Shown: one piece after another, positions 1 to 13,290 of the stretch
Position numbering within the stretch: the stretch's first letter is position 1
Layout of the letters: the number at the start of each line of letters is the position of its first letter
Assembly: GCA_964016885.1 (NCBI GenBank)
Contig: OZ024741.1
Coordinates: 276,706,001 to 276,770,000 of the forward strand
DNA: 64,000 nt
From: Eledone cirrhosa
Taxonomy: Eukaryota
Reading direction: 5' to 3'
Notes under the pieces: model-generated
What the model saw: the letters and a program-made list of their open reading frames with translations, nothing else
Told to the model about the DNA's origin: nothing
The model's database searches: none
Translations under genes and position numbers: made by a program

Positions 1-6
1 CATTTT

Positions 7-1550
7 TTAAATCAAAGAGAAAGTAATCAATTAACACTAGAAAAAAGAATGTAACCATAGGTACGCACGTACACACACATATATATATATATATATAAAT
101 ATTTATACACACAAATACGTAGAGACAAAAGCGCATGCATGCGTACATACACACGAGGCACGTATATATATATATATCGCCACATGTATATCTAATCACA
201 CGCACGTACGCGACCATACATATATATACATATATACATACACACCCATACATACGTATACATATACACACATATACATACACATACATTCACCCGCATA
301 CATACACACGTATAAATAAGTATGTAAAAAACAAAGATATAAAAAAACATAGATATAAAAACACACATACACACACATATATATACGTACGCACGCACAC
401 ATACGGAGGCGTTCATATACATATACAGAACGTATACACACATAAGCACACTCACACACATAGATACAGATTATAAATCAGCCGTATGAATAAATGAGTA
501 CAAATATAAAATCGGCTGCGAAACAACAGAATATATCTGGAGTGGAAAAGGCAAGTGACATGTGGTATCAGGTAGTGAAAGAAAATGGAGAAGTAAAATG
601 TGGAATGTGAAGATATTAGGTAAGTGAATCGAAAAGTAGGGGGAGGGGGTAACTGGTGGATGTGAAGTAAAAATAAAAATAAAATTAAAAATAAAGTTAA
701 AAATGAAAGTAAATCAGAAAGAGAAGTCTGTAAAGAGGATAATTTAAGGAAAGTGAAGAATAAGAGTTTATGGAGGATAAGTATCTGAAAGTGAATTAAG
801 TTTATATGAGCTGGAAAGCAAGTGTGATTTCATGTGTGGGCAACTGGTGAAAATTTCTGTTTTTGTATTTAGGCAGGTTTTTGGTGATTTAAGGTTTACT
901 TTCATTTTTAACTTTATTTTTACTTCACATCCACCAGTTACCCCCTCCCCCTACTTTTCGATTCACTTACCTAATATCTTCACATTCCACATTTTACTTC
1001 TCCATTTTCTTTCACTACCTGATATTACTGGTCACTTGCGTTTTCCACTCCAGATATATTCTGTTGTTTCGCAGCCGATTTTATATTTGTACTCATTTAT
1101 TCATACGGCTGGTTTATAATCTGTATCTATGCGTGTGAGTGTGCATATGTGTGTATACGTTCTGTATATGTATACGAACGCCTCCGTATGTGTGTGTGTA
1201 TGTGTGTTTTTATATCTATGTCTTTTTATATCTTTGCTTTTTACATACTTATTTATACGTGTGTGTGTATGCGGGTGAATGTATGTGTATGTGTGTGTAT
1301 ATGTATACGTATGTATGGGTGTGTATGTATATATGTATATATATGTATGGTCGCGTACGTGCGTGTGATTAGATATACATGTGGCGATATATATATATAC
1401 GTGCCTCGTGTGTATGTACGCATCCATGCGCTTTTGTCTCTACGTATTTGTGTGTATAAATATTTTTTAGATATATATGTGTGTGTACTTGCGTACCTAT
1501 GTTTGTTTTCATTTTCTAGTGTTAATTGATTACTTTCTCTTTGATTTAAA
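7..1550. repeat. Long imperfect inverted repeat (arms ~7-714 and ~895-1550), probably the inverted 5' part of a Penelope-like insertion ending near 2210
   Basis: ttaaatcaaagagaaagtaatcaattaacactagaaaa (7-44) is the reverse complement of ~1512-1550. The ORF track gives near-identical peptides at 135..476(+) and 1253..1588(-). Confidence 0.85.
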
Positions 1551-2041
1551 CATTTTTCATTCTCATATATTGTTTCATTTTTATACATATATCGAGAATG
1601 ACACTTCTTTTTACTATTACACTCCCTTCCCTCTTTATCTTCCGCATATAAGTGACCGCGCGTGTGTGTGTGTTTATACGCGTGCTTTCATACTCGTATG
1701 TGTATTTAATACCTGTATCTGGATGCGTGTTAACTATATTATCTTACAATTTCTTTTTCAACTCATATTATATACGTATTTGTGGTCACATATACATAAA
1801 TATACTTGCCCTCATGTATGTACTTACGCACACATTTTCACCATACACATGCATTTGTACATACACACATATGTACATTTGTGAGTGTATATACATACAT
1901 ATACACATACCCTAACTATATTTCCTTATTTTTTTTATATATCTCTTGCATTACTTTTATTTATATATTTTTTGCCCGTTAAACTCTTGCCTTTCTTGAG
2001 GAGACTTTTCAAATATTTCACTCTGTTTTAAATTGCCTTGT

Positions 2042-2105
2042 CCGATGAACGAATGAGGACATTTTTCGTATTCGTCTTATTCGGGAAACCTCTGGTAATG
2101 AGGTA
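2042..2105 (+). ncRNA. Degenerate type-I hammerhead ribozyme (Penelope pLTR type)
   Basis: CCGATGA (core variant), stem II cgaatgagg/tcttattcg, GAAA, stem III cctc/gagg, GUA triplet. Stem I is poor. Confidence 0.55.
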
Positions 2106-2689
2106 ATTATATTGTATTGTTTATTATACATTAAATTTTGCTCTGGTACTTACATAGAGCACTCTTCACTCCTATGACTTTTTCAATTTTCAACGGAAAC
2201 TTCAATACTTATATATATATATATATATATATAAAGATTTACATATACACAAACTAGACAATGTCATATATATATATATATATATATATGTTTTTGGCAA
2301 CCATTCACGATGTGGCTCAATGATGAATTAATTAATTAAATAATCAGAGCAATATTATGTTTATAAACATTTTTTCTTCTAACTTTAATTTTATACCTAA
2401 TTGTGTATGGTTGACGATATATTTAATCGATGTCCACGTGCTATTGAAATGCTCGGTAAATGTTCTATAGCTGTTGATCGCGAATAGATGGGTGTAGTTT
2501 ATTTATCTATTATTTCTTCATAGGTGCCTTTTAATCTTATAGCCTGGTTTAATTGTTTTTTTTTGTGTGGTTGATTATGCTGATTGGGAGAGGAAATGGT
2601 GTATATATCTTATCAAATGATTCTATGGACATAATTTATAGTATATATATATATAGAAACAGAGTTCTGGACAAATTTTGTGACCACAT

Positions 2690-4673
2690 AGCTACCTTCC
2701 CATACCATGAACTACCGCAACCTAAACCCAAACCCAACACAAGTCGAAGGGAATGGGAGATTATCCATGAACTAAAAAACAATCCGGACATTGTAATTAA
2801 GGAAGCGGACAAGGGAAGTACTGTTGTCATTATGGAGGCTGAAAAATATAAAAATTCTATGTTCTCTCTCTTACAAAATGCTAATTATTATGAAAGAGTA
2901 AAAAACTACCAGCAATCAAAAATAATGACCAAATTAAACACACTGATTTATCGATACCAGGTAGACCTAACTAAAAAGGAACGCGATTATTTAACAAATT
3001 TTGAATACAAAACCAGCAACCTTTACGGACTTCCGAAGATCCACAAATGTAAAATAATCAACGATGCCTGTAAACAATCCACCTCAGCCTGCGTGAACAC
3101 ACAATACCCCACATACCTTAAATTAAGACCAATTGTAGCGGGCCCACAATGTGAAACACACAGATTGAGCAACTTTATAGACATACTACTGAAACCAATA
3201 CTGAAACACATACCAAGCCTTATAAGAGACGATCTGGACCTCTTAAACCACCTCCCCAAACATGTCAACAACGACACTATTATTGTGTCTTTCGATGTAG
3301 TGAATCTCTACACAACGATCCCACACCAATACGGACTAGAAGCAATAGGATTCTGGCTAGAGAAATATCCCAATGAGATACCTGACAGAATAGAAAAAAG
3401 CTTCATCACCGAGGGATTAAAATTCATCCTACAGAACAACTTTTTTGATTTCGATGGCAATACTTACAAGCAAACATCGGGGACTGCGATGGGCACAAAA
3501 GCCGCTCCAACTTATGCCAACTTAGTCATGGCATACTTAGAAATCCAGATATATGAACAGTCCAAATCAAAATACGGATTGAACTTCCACAAATATTTAT
3601 CAGAGAATTGGAAACGCTACTTGGATGATTGCCTCATTCTTTGGTCCCACACACTCGACCAACTGAAGGATTTCAAAAACTTAATAAACGGCATCAATAA
3701 CCACATACAATTCACAATGGAATACAGCCAAGATCAACTCCCATTTCTGGACATCTTAATCACAAAAAAAGACACAAATATCGAAACTGACATACACTAC
3801 AAACCAACAGATTCCAAACAATATCTGCTATTCACCTCCAACCATCCAAAGCACACGAAGACGAACATTCCTTTTAACCTAGCAAGAAGAATTTGCACAA
3901 TTGTCTCCATTATGAAACGCGAAATAAAAGACTTCAAGAATTAAAGGAAATTCTACTTGAGAGAGAGTACCCACTATTACTAATAAATAATGGAATAGAA
4001 AGGGCTAAAGCAATAGGCATTGATGAATTACGGAAACAGAAACAAATTCAAGGTACGTCCAATATTCTATCATATATCTCAACACACAACCCAAGAAATG
4101 CGGAAGCTTACAACACTATTCACAATAACATCCCACTACTAAAACAAAACCCAAGAATGAAAAAAGCCCTTGAAACACACAAAATAATCAAAAGCAAAAG
4201 ACAACCAAAATCACTGAAAACATTACTCACCAATGCCAAATTACCTACCACAAACCCACAACCAAGTATCAAAAAATGTGGTCGCTCTAATTGTGGAACC
4301 TGCACTCACCTCATTGAAGGCAACACATATACATTTAAATCAGGACAAAATTTTACTGTAAAAAATCACTTCACTTGCTCATCAAAAAATCTAATTTATG
4401 CCATTAAATGTAAAGGATGCAATGAAGATTATATAGGACAAACTAAACTCACACTCAGAAACAGAATGACAGTTCATCGCCAACAATTACGAGATCCAAC
4501 CACGAGACAGATACCACTAAGTGCACATCTAGACATTTGCGCAAGTAATAAGACACCCAAAATTCCAAGTCTTCCCATTTTACCTTTGCGCTAACAATAC
4601 AACAGAACAAATGCGAATAAATAAGGAAAATATGTTTATTCAAAAATATAGACCAACATTAAATAAGGTTTAA
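2690..4673 (+). pseudogene. PLE1 reverse transcriptase/GIY-YIG endonuclease ORF with two frameshifts (~3910, ~4560)
   Basis: RT motifs ADKG, YGLPKIHK, LRPIV, SFDVVNLYTTIP, QTSGTAMG, RYLDD, LPFLD, HYKPT. Linker CGRSNCGTC (Neptune-like Cys motif). Endonuclease NLIYAIKC..C...YIGQT...RNRMTVH. A third frame ends ...ENMFIQKYRPTLNKV* at 4673. The called start at 2553 lies in non-element DNA. Confidence 0.9.
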
Positions 4674-5167
4674 TATACATTATGTCAACACCACAATATG
4701 ACATACACACACACACATAACACCTTCTACTTTAGAAAATAAAAACCCGAACTAAATAAACCTTAAACATACGTTTGCACTGGCAATACAACAGCAAACA
4801 CGAAAAAGTCAGGAAAATATGTTCATTCAAAAATATTCCTACTAAAGGAATCATTTTCCTACACACACACATACACACACACAATATATATATATATATA
4901 TATATATTCTCTTCATCTTAACATGCTAACCATACTCCCACACACATAACACCCATACACACACATAACAACCCCCACACCTACAACACCCTCCCCATTT
5001 CTACTAATAGAACCACTTTCCTACACACATATATATATACACACACACACAAAATATATATTCTCTCTATCTAACATACTCGCACACACACACATAACAC
5101 CCATATACACACACACACAACTCCCTCCCCCATCTCTACTAATAGAATCATCTTCCAATACACACAT

Positions 5168-5200
<33 letters not shown>

Positions 5201-5719
5201 AGCACACAAATAAACACATATCTTCAGTCTCAATAGAAAATCTGAACTCTGACACCTGAACTCTGACAGCTGGCCATATTCACTGAACCAGAACATTTCT
5301 CCCAATCCCTTTTCCCTTGACCACTATCTCTCCATTGTCATAACATTCACTATAAAGACTACAGAATAGTTTTCCAAATAAGGGCGCAAAAATGTAATGA
5401 AAACTTGTTCACGTGACAGCCAAATTTCATTTATAACCAACCAAAAAAAAGCCTTCGTGAGCCTCATTTTTTCAAGTAAAAAGAAATTCAAACACTCATA
5501 TATGAAAAAACAACCTGTGACAAACACCCCCCCCCCCCCTCTCTTATTTGAAGAACTATTGTAACGCGAACTGGCGCGAAATTTATTATAATTATTGACA
5601 AACCAATCAAATTACTTCTCGAAAAACTTGGTTTTCGAGCCACTTTTTCCATATAAAACAAGTAACATTTAGAGACCAACCAGATGTGAGAAAAACCACA
5701 GACCCTCCATCTCAACTCA

Positions 5720-5757
5720 CCTTTTGAAAAGCAGAAGAACTGCGAAACCGGTAAAGG
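5720..5757 (+). ncRNA. Minimal type-I hammerhead ribozyme with U3-A8 core (TTGAAAA)
   Basis: cctt | TTGAAAA | gcag-aagaa-ctgc | GAAA | ccgg (palindrome ACCGGT) | TA | aagg. All three stems pair. Confidence 0.75.
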
Positions 5758-5889
5758 AACCAAATAAATATATATATTTTTTTAAAAAATAAGACTTCAG
5801 TTGCATTTTCGATTTCATCCCTTTTTCTTTATACTTCCACTCGTGTAGGACACCTCGGTTATTTTTCATTTTGTAAAAAAAAACCTCAC

Positions 5890-5932
<43 letters not shown>

Positions 5933-5933
5933 G

Positions 5934-6000
5934 TGGCTGAGTGGTTAGAGAATTGGATTCGCAATCGTGAGCAAGACTCTTTATTTCACGTTGCTCCTTC
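5934..6000 (+). mobile_element. tRNA-derived SINE head fragment
   Basis: A-box-like TGGCTGAGTGG; same sequence as 8724-8757; B-box region absent. Confidence 0.55.
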
Positions 6001-6094
6001 TACCTGGAGTTGCGACCGATAGATAGTAATTGGAAAGATCAATGGAAACATTGTTTACTCGGTCCGATTTGACGAAAGTCGATCGACTATCGAT

Positions 6095-6179
<85 letters not shown>

Positions 6180-6219
6180 CGTGCGTGTGTGTGTGTGTGC
6201 GTGTGCGTGTGTGTGTATA

Positions 6220-6340
6220 GCGGTAAAACACTGGGAGGTTATATTCGTCGTAAGTAGAGCACTCAGTCCATAGGACGAATTCGGTAGAAAATTAGTTCCA
6301 CTTAGCAAGCCATACTCGAGGACGCGAGTTTCACCCAACG

Positions 6341-6345
<5 letters not shown>
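6220..6345 (-). mobile_element. Penelope pLTR/tail remnant with 3' half of a hammerhead
   Basis: Minus strand reads GAAACTCGCGTC, then a tail containing attc...GAGTGCTC as in other PLE tails here. Confidence 0.4.
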
Positions 6346-6382
<37 letters not shown>

Positions 6383-6385
<3 letters not shown>

Positions 6386-6772
6386 AACACCTGTCCCCAC
6401 ATCACCAACACTACCACCTTCCAGGGTCCCAACGGCCACTCTCTCTCTGACCGGCACGCCTTCCGCTGCACCTCCTCCAATCTAGTCTACGGACTTCGCT
6501 GCACGGAGTGTAGCGCAACCTACGTCGGACAGACTGGACGTCGCCTGGCGGATCGTTTCACTGAACACCTCCGGGATATTCGTCTCGGCGGGAGTTCCCC
6601 CATCGCCCGCCACTTTGGCTCCCCTGGACATTCCGCCCACCACCTCACAGTCTGTGGCCTACTCCAATGCCACGGAACACCAGCCACCCTCCTCAGGGTC
6701 GAACAACGCGCCATCTTCACCCTACAGACCCACACTCCCCCCAGCCTGAACTCCCCACCCCTATTCCTTTAG
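6383..6772 (+). pseudogene. GIY-YIG endonuclease domain of PLE2 (no start codon, so missed by the ORF track)
   Basis: Manual translation: YNTCPHI...FRCTSSNLVYGLRCTECSATYVGQTGRRLADRFTEHLRDIR...PIARHF...RVEQRAIFTLQTHTPPSLN...*. Confidence 0.9.
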
Positions 6773-8243
6773 CCTTCAACTGCCCTGTTGCCACCCCCAG
6801 CATATATCCCCCACTAACACCACTAACATACTCCTCCTTTTCACCGCCCACCACGCAACTAACAATACTAACACCCCCACCTCACTCCCGACCACCCTCC
6901 CCCAACTAACAATACTAATATCTTTCCCCCTTCCCCCTATCACGCACACACCCACCGGTACATATATACACGCACTCATACTATCCACACACCCTACTAC
7001 CCCCACTAACCCTCACCCACACATCCACTCCCACCACCCCACAACTAATACCATTAACATCCCCCCGACCACACGCACACGAACACACACACCCACCCAC
7101 TTACACCACCCACTCTACACACCCTACCACCACTGACCCCTACTAACACACCCGCATTCAACCCTTTCCCCACCACCAGTATACTAACACCCACTAACAC
7201 CCCCTTCACCAAACACACACTCATCCAAACACGCACACACACACCAGTACACTATACTCCTCCACTGTCCCCCACACCTTTCTCTCCCTCTCCCCGCTCC
7301 ACCCACACCCCTTCACACACACATCCCACTAACACCTCTACTAATTCACACACCCTCCCCCCGCACGATCCCCTCCCACTCCACCTTTCACACCTACCCA
7401 TCCTCTGCCCTGTCCACCGCACCTCCGCACACACTGACAGACCGACTTTCTCCACCTGCCAATCTCTACTACTGCTGCTATGCCTTGACCCTCTGACCAC
7501 TTCTCCGCACACACAGACACACAGCCCTCTCCACCTGTCATTCTCCTCTACCCTCCTCCTGCCTTGACCCTCTGACCACTTTCTATTGCGCGCGCACCCC
7601 ACATCTCCCCTCTTCCGACCAACACAACCACGGATTACACACATCGGCCATCGTTCCCACCATCAACTCCATCACAAGGAAAATATCCGGCAGCTTACCA
7701 CATCCTCTACGGAACTACCTTAGGAACTTACCTACGGACATACACAAAAATAATTTGTTCCCACCACGCACCTACATCCACAATACGTATAAACACCACA
7801 CACACGTGCGTACCCCCACATATATACACACTCAGCCTCCGGAATCCCCCCCCCATCCCCACCCCTCTGATCCCTCCCCATCCACACGCGCACACACACA
7901 CCGACCTACACCCCCCACACACCTTTTCCTGAACATGGAACCTCGTTCTTCCCCCAACTCTCACATTCACATACACACACACACACACACGTACACCTAC
8001 ACACATACACCACCTTCAGCCCTCCCTGATTGGACACCTCGCCTGCGTTCCCCACTCCACCCGCCACCACCCCTACACGCCCCACAACCTTCCGCCACTT
8101 GTTTATCTTCATGTTTTTTTTTTTTATTTTTTAATTTTTTATTTGTACCCCTTCTACCGTTTTTCCTCCCTATCCTCCCCCTTTTTTTCTAAATGTCTCT
8201 CCCCACTCCCTTACACACCCTCGGAACTCTCTTCCCACACACT

Positions 8244-8304
8244 TTTCGCCTGAAGAAGGGCTTATGCCCGAAACGCCCCCCCCCCCACTCTCAAGAGCGT
8301 GAAA
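8244..8304 (+). ncRNA. Hammerhead ribozyme motif, stem III disrupted by a poly-C tract
   Basis: tttcgc CTGAAGA a gggc-ttat-gccc GAAAC; possible stem I partner gtgaaa at 8299-8304. Confidence 0.6.
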
Positions 8305-8388
8305 CTAATAAACCTTTGTTCGTACTGCCTCTCTGTTTTGTTCCCGTTCCATTTTTCACTATATATATATATAGATAGATATATATGA

Positions 8389-8600
8389 TAGTAAAAGAAT
8401 GAAGAATAACATGGTCGGCTGTACAAAAAGTGTTTATTTATCACGCTTTTAGACTCACCCGATTAATGAAACAATTGTTAATACTGTAAATAAACCCTAT
8501 TGTACAGCCGATCATGTTATTCTTCATTCTTTTACTACTATTACTCCAAGAACCGCCTGCATGGGAATTCTCTTAAACTGGCGACCTAAGAAAACTTCTT
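8389..8600 (+). mobile_element. Fold-back Penelope-derived mini-insertion (arms ~8389-8452 / 8487-8538 plus tail)
   Basis: tagtaaaagaatgaagaataacatggtcggctgtacaa is inverted at 8499-8538. The loop holds GAAACAATTGTTA, a palindromic hammerhead stem III. Confidence 0.6.
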
Positions 8601-8692
8601 GTTGAGTCAAACAACGCCTTACGTTGAAACTATCGTCAACACAGGGTACTCACAACCTTTAGCTGTGATACCTTAAACGACACCTTGTTATC

Positions 8693-8723
<31 letters not shown>

Positions 8724-8800
8724 GCTGAGTGGTTAGAGAATTGGATTCGCAATCGTAAGGTTGTGAGTTCGATTCCTGGACCAGGCGATGCGTTATGTCC
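8724..8800 (+). mobile_element. tRNA-derived SINE head
   Basis: GCTGAGTGG (A box), anticodon-like arm gattcgcaatc, GAGTTCGATTC (B box); no intact acceptor stem. Confidence 0.6.
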
Positions 8801-9257
8801 TAAATACGAGAGTTGAAATGTTGAACTTAGCTCACGGCAAGCCTGTCGTCAAGCTTTGGTGCTTGAGGATTAGGGGCTGGCTTCAGAACACTAATTCCCT
8901 AGGAAATCTTTTTACCAGCTTCTATGGTTAAGTAAGCTTTTTGTTTGTGTGTTTGTTTTTATTTAATTTTTGTTATTTGTTCCTTGTTTGAGAAGAATAT
9001 TTAGTTAAGTCTTACGTCACAGATATGTCAGTAGTAGTCAAGAAAACGAGACAATGCTGTTTCAAGATTCGTTAATCTCGCATCAGTGGTATTCACTCAA
9101 TCGGTAACTATCATGGAAATAGACTAGAGTCGAAATAGATTTTGCTGGAGGACTTCAAAGAACTAATTTCAGGACATTCTTTATATACTCTAAATCTGAG
9201 GGTGCACCATTGAAAAGTAAGGGGAGGTGACAGTGCCATCTACGGACCTTCATTATT

Positions 9258-9377
9258 GTCTGAGTTCAAATCCCGCCGAGGTTAACTTTGCCTTTCATCC
9301 TTACGGGGTCGATAAAATAACGTACCAGTAATGTACTGGGTAATTACTGGCCTTGTGCCAAAAGTAGAAACAATTAT
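9258..9377 (+). mobile_element. SINE body fragment (resembles octopus tRNA-derived SINE families)
   Basis: B box GAGTTCAAATC, then gccgaggttaactttgcctttcatcc...ggggtcgataaa...gtaccag...ggccttgtgccaaaa. Family assignment is from memory, not a search. Confidence 0.5.
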
Positions 9378-9505
9378 TGTCTTTGAGGACACCATGTACC
9401 CCAAGGGTGAGCAGGGGAACCACTGATCTATCCACCCATTTCTTCGTCAATCAATTCAACACGTTGTTGCGATGGAATCCAGAACTGGTGTCGCTTCCGA
9501 ACCAA

Positions 9506-10975
<1,470 letters not shown>

Positions 10976-11040
10976 CTACCTACGTCTTTGTCTACATGTA
11001 TGTCACGCTCAATAATGAATCTTACTTTTTTTGTGTTTTG

Positions 11041-11331
11041 TTTGTCTGACTGTCTGTCTGCCTATCTGTCTGCCTATCTGTCCGTCTGACTGTCTGTCTG
11101 CCTATCTGTCCGTCTGACTGTCTGTCTGCCTATCTGTCCGTCTGACTGTCTGTCTGCCTATCTGTCTGCCTATCTGTCTGCCTATCTGTCCGTCTGACTG
11201 TCTGTCTGCCTATCTGTCTGACTGTCTGTCTGCCTATCTGTCCGTCTGACTGTTTGTCTGACTGTTTGTCTGCCTATCTGTCTGCCTATCTGTCCGTCTG
11301 ACTGTTTGTCTGTCTGTCTGTCTGTGTGTCT
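11041..11331 (+). repeat. Compound (TCTG)/(CCTA)/(TCCG) tetranucleotide leader directly upstream of Tx1-like copy A1
   Basis: Units tgtctgcctatctgtccgtctgac; its 3' parts recur at 16952-17008 and 22637-22805. Confidence 0.95.
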
Positions 11332-11506
11332 GAGGATAGTAGACGTGTGTCATATCGCTCTGTGATTTGGATTTTTACCTGCTAATTTTGTGAGTGGATT
11401 TTTTTGAATTATTTTGTATAATTAACTGTAACCCCTAGTCTGGGACTCTAGACGTCGGGTAAATATATTTTCACCCCTTTTGGGGTGAAAAATAAATATT
11501 TGAGAA

Positions 11507-13267
11507 ATGTTCATCGATATCGTTGATAACGATATCGTCGAAAACGATATCGCCATATTGGAAGCGAACGCCACGCCGACCAAAAAAACAAGCGGGAAAG
11601 AGGGAACAACAGTTCAAACTGTTGAACAACCCCTCCTCTCCAATGAAAAAAAGAATTTCAATTCAAATGAAAAAATTAATTTTCAAGAAAAAAATAACAC
11701 CACAAATAAGGAAACCAACAACATTACAACAACAAACAAAGACAAAATTTCTTTTGCCCAAACACTCAAGAGAGCCACGGAGTACAAAGCCATTGACATC
11801 ACGAACGCCAAGGAAAATTTGCTAGAGGCTAGAAAATACGTATCTTTTGGGGAGGATGGTTCTTTTACGATCAACTCCCCAGAAGAAGTGCGTGAACAGA
11901 TTTACAAGAATACCGTAAGCTTCAGAACCATAACCAACGAAACGAGAAAGCCAGCGCAATTGACCGAAAGTCAAATCGAGCTGGTTCTGAAAGAAATTAA
12001 AAATGACATACTCTTTATTCAAAGAGGAAAGCTGTATGCCAGCATTATGGTCCGAATGAAGGACGAAATGCTGGCTCAGAAATATTCGGTGGCACCTATA
12101 GTGTCACCACAATACACCTTCTTCCCCACATATAAAGGAAGAAGAACACAAAGGATAAGAATGTGGAGCCCTACGCCAGAAATTAACATCTGGTCCGTCC
12201 TAACAGGATTTACCGACCTAGATAAGGACATACTAATTTCAGCAGGGGAGTCCACCAGTGGACTGTTCGGGGGGAAAAGTCTGGAGGTTCTCTTACAGAT
12301 GACACCTGAGAGAATCTCCGGAATACCCGACCGAGTGCTACTGGATGGGCGAACCTACATAAATATCACAGTGGAAGGCAGGAGACCCTCATGTTACCAC
12401 TGCGCTGGCAGAGGTCACCTGAGGACGGCCTGCCCTCTACTAACAACTAAAAAACCACTGCTACAAACACCACAACAACAACAAAAACAACCAGCACCAC
12501 CATCACAAAAACAACAAAATACACTACCATCTCCACCAGAACAACAAAAACCAACAACACCACCACCACCACCACAACAACAACAACAACAACATCAACA
12601 ACAGCTCAAGAAAACAACCCAAAACACGGTCCCACCCAGCCCCACCCCACAGAACACAAATACAAAAACAGTTCATACACAACCCGGAGATATACCCCTC
12701 CCCTCCAATACGGAAGAGGAGCTCATATCGTCGGAAGACGAGGGGGCTCCCTTCCAAAAAGTGAAAAGAAAAAAACGTACACACACCACAACAACAAAAA
12801 TAACCCCACCTGACAACACAACACAGACAATAAAACGCAAACTCACTCAACAACAACAAGCAAAAACAAACACAACAACACAAAAACTCTACACATACAT
12901 AAACAAAAACAATGAAAACCTAACTTTAAAAATAGAAACCAACCCTTCGATACAAACCGAAGGGCCGAATTTCGTAACGGCATTGGGGCTCCCTAACCTG
13001 AAAATGGTGAAAATCCCACTTGACATTTTTAAAACTTTAAAAGACATGTACCCTGAGGACGTGGGCCCACCCTGCACCAGGCCACTCAACCGCGTCCTCC
13101 TGAAAGGTTTTCCCCTCCCCTCCTCAAACACCCACACAACTCCAAAGATCCCAACCCCTCCACACACCAATACCCCCACACCACCACAAACCACCACCCC
13201 ACCCATCAACCCCGCCACCAGCCCCATGGAAACTGAGCGACCCGAACCCCGGGACGCAGAGAGGTAA
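11507..13267 (+). CDS. ORF1p of A1 (586 aa), gag-like nucleic-acid-binding protein
   Basis: CCHC zinc knuckle CYHCAGRGHLRTAC, Q/P/T-rich linker, conserved C-terminal block; lies upstream of ORF2. Confidence 0.9.
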   Translation: MFIDIVDNDIVENDIAILEANATPTKKTSGKEGTTVQTVEQPLLSNEKKNFNSNEKINFQEKNNTTNKETNNITTTNKDKISFAQTLKRATEYKAIDITNAKENLLEARKYVSFGEDGSFTINSPEEVREQIYKNTVSFRTITNETRKPAQLTESQIELVLKEIKNDILFIQRGKLYASIMVRMKDEMLAQKYSVAPIVSPQYTFFPTYKGRRTQRIRMWSPTPEINIWSVLTGFTDLDKDILISAGESTSGLFGGKSLEVLLQMTPERISGIPDRVLLDGRTYINITVEGRRPSCYHCAGRGHLRTACPLLTTKKPLLQTPQQQQKQPAPPSQKQQNTLPSPPEQQKPTTPPPPPQQQQQQHQQQLKKTTQNTVPPSPTPQNTNTKTVHTQPGDIPLPSNTEEELISSEDEGAPFQKVKRKKRTHTTTTKITPPDNTTQTIKRKLTQQQQAKTNTTTQKLYTYINKNNENLTLKIETNPSIQTEGPNFVTALGLPNLKMVKIPLDIFKTLKDMYPEDVGPPCTRPLNRVLLKGFPLPSSNTHTTPKIPTPPHTNTPTPPQTTTPPINPATSPMETERPEPRDAER

Positions 13268-13269
13268 GT
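13264..13269 (+). promoter_or_regulatory. Consensus 5' splice donor AG|GTAAGT overlapping the ORF1 stop codon
   Basis: GTAAGT also at 18949, 24746, 29755, 38802 and 46208; ATAAGT in decayed copy C (33669). Confidence 0.6.
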
Positions 13270-13290
13270 GCCTCTTTCTTTGCCACCAAC

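Larger units (their letters stand above)
2655..5895 (+). mobile_element. 5'-truncated Penelope-like element (PLE1): RT + GIY-YIG, long C/A-rich 3' UTR, terminal pLTR with hammerhead
   Basis: Coding remnant to 4673, hammerhead at 5720-5757, flanked by (TA)n on both sides. Confidence 0.85.
6383..8360 (+). mobile_element. Second 5'-truncated Penelope-like element (PLE2)
   Basis: GIY-YIG remnant, C/A-rich 3' UTR, hammerhead-like motif at 8244-8304, then AATAAA. Bounded by (TC)n and (TA)n. Confidence 0.75.

Noticed and set aside
135-1915. Many ORFs rich in HT/YI/CV dipeptides (also 50167-51868, 55063-58789, 60437-61413)
   Set aside because: Translations of CA/TA/TG/TATC microsatellites, not genes.
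8600-8642. GAAAC-tatc-GTC hammerhead-like segment
   Set aside because: No CUGANGA-like core at the right position.
8724-8800. Possible tRNA gene (also 5934-5980)
   Set aside because: No acceptor stem or terminator; better explained as SINE heads.
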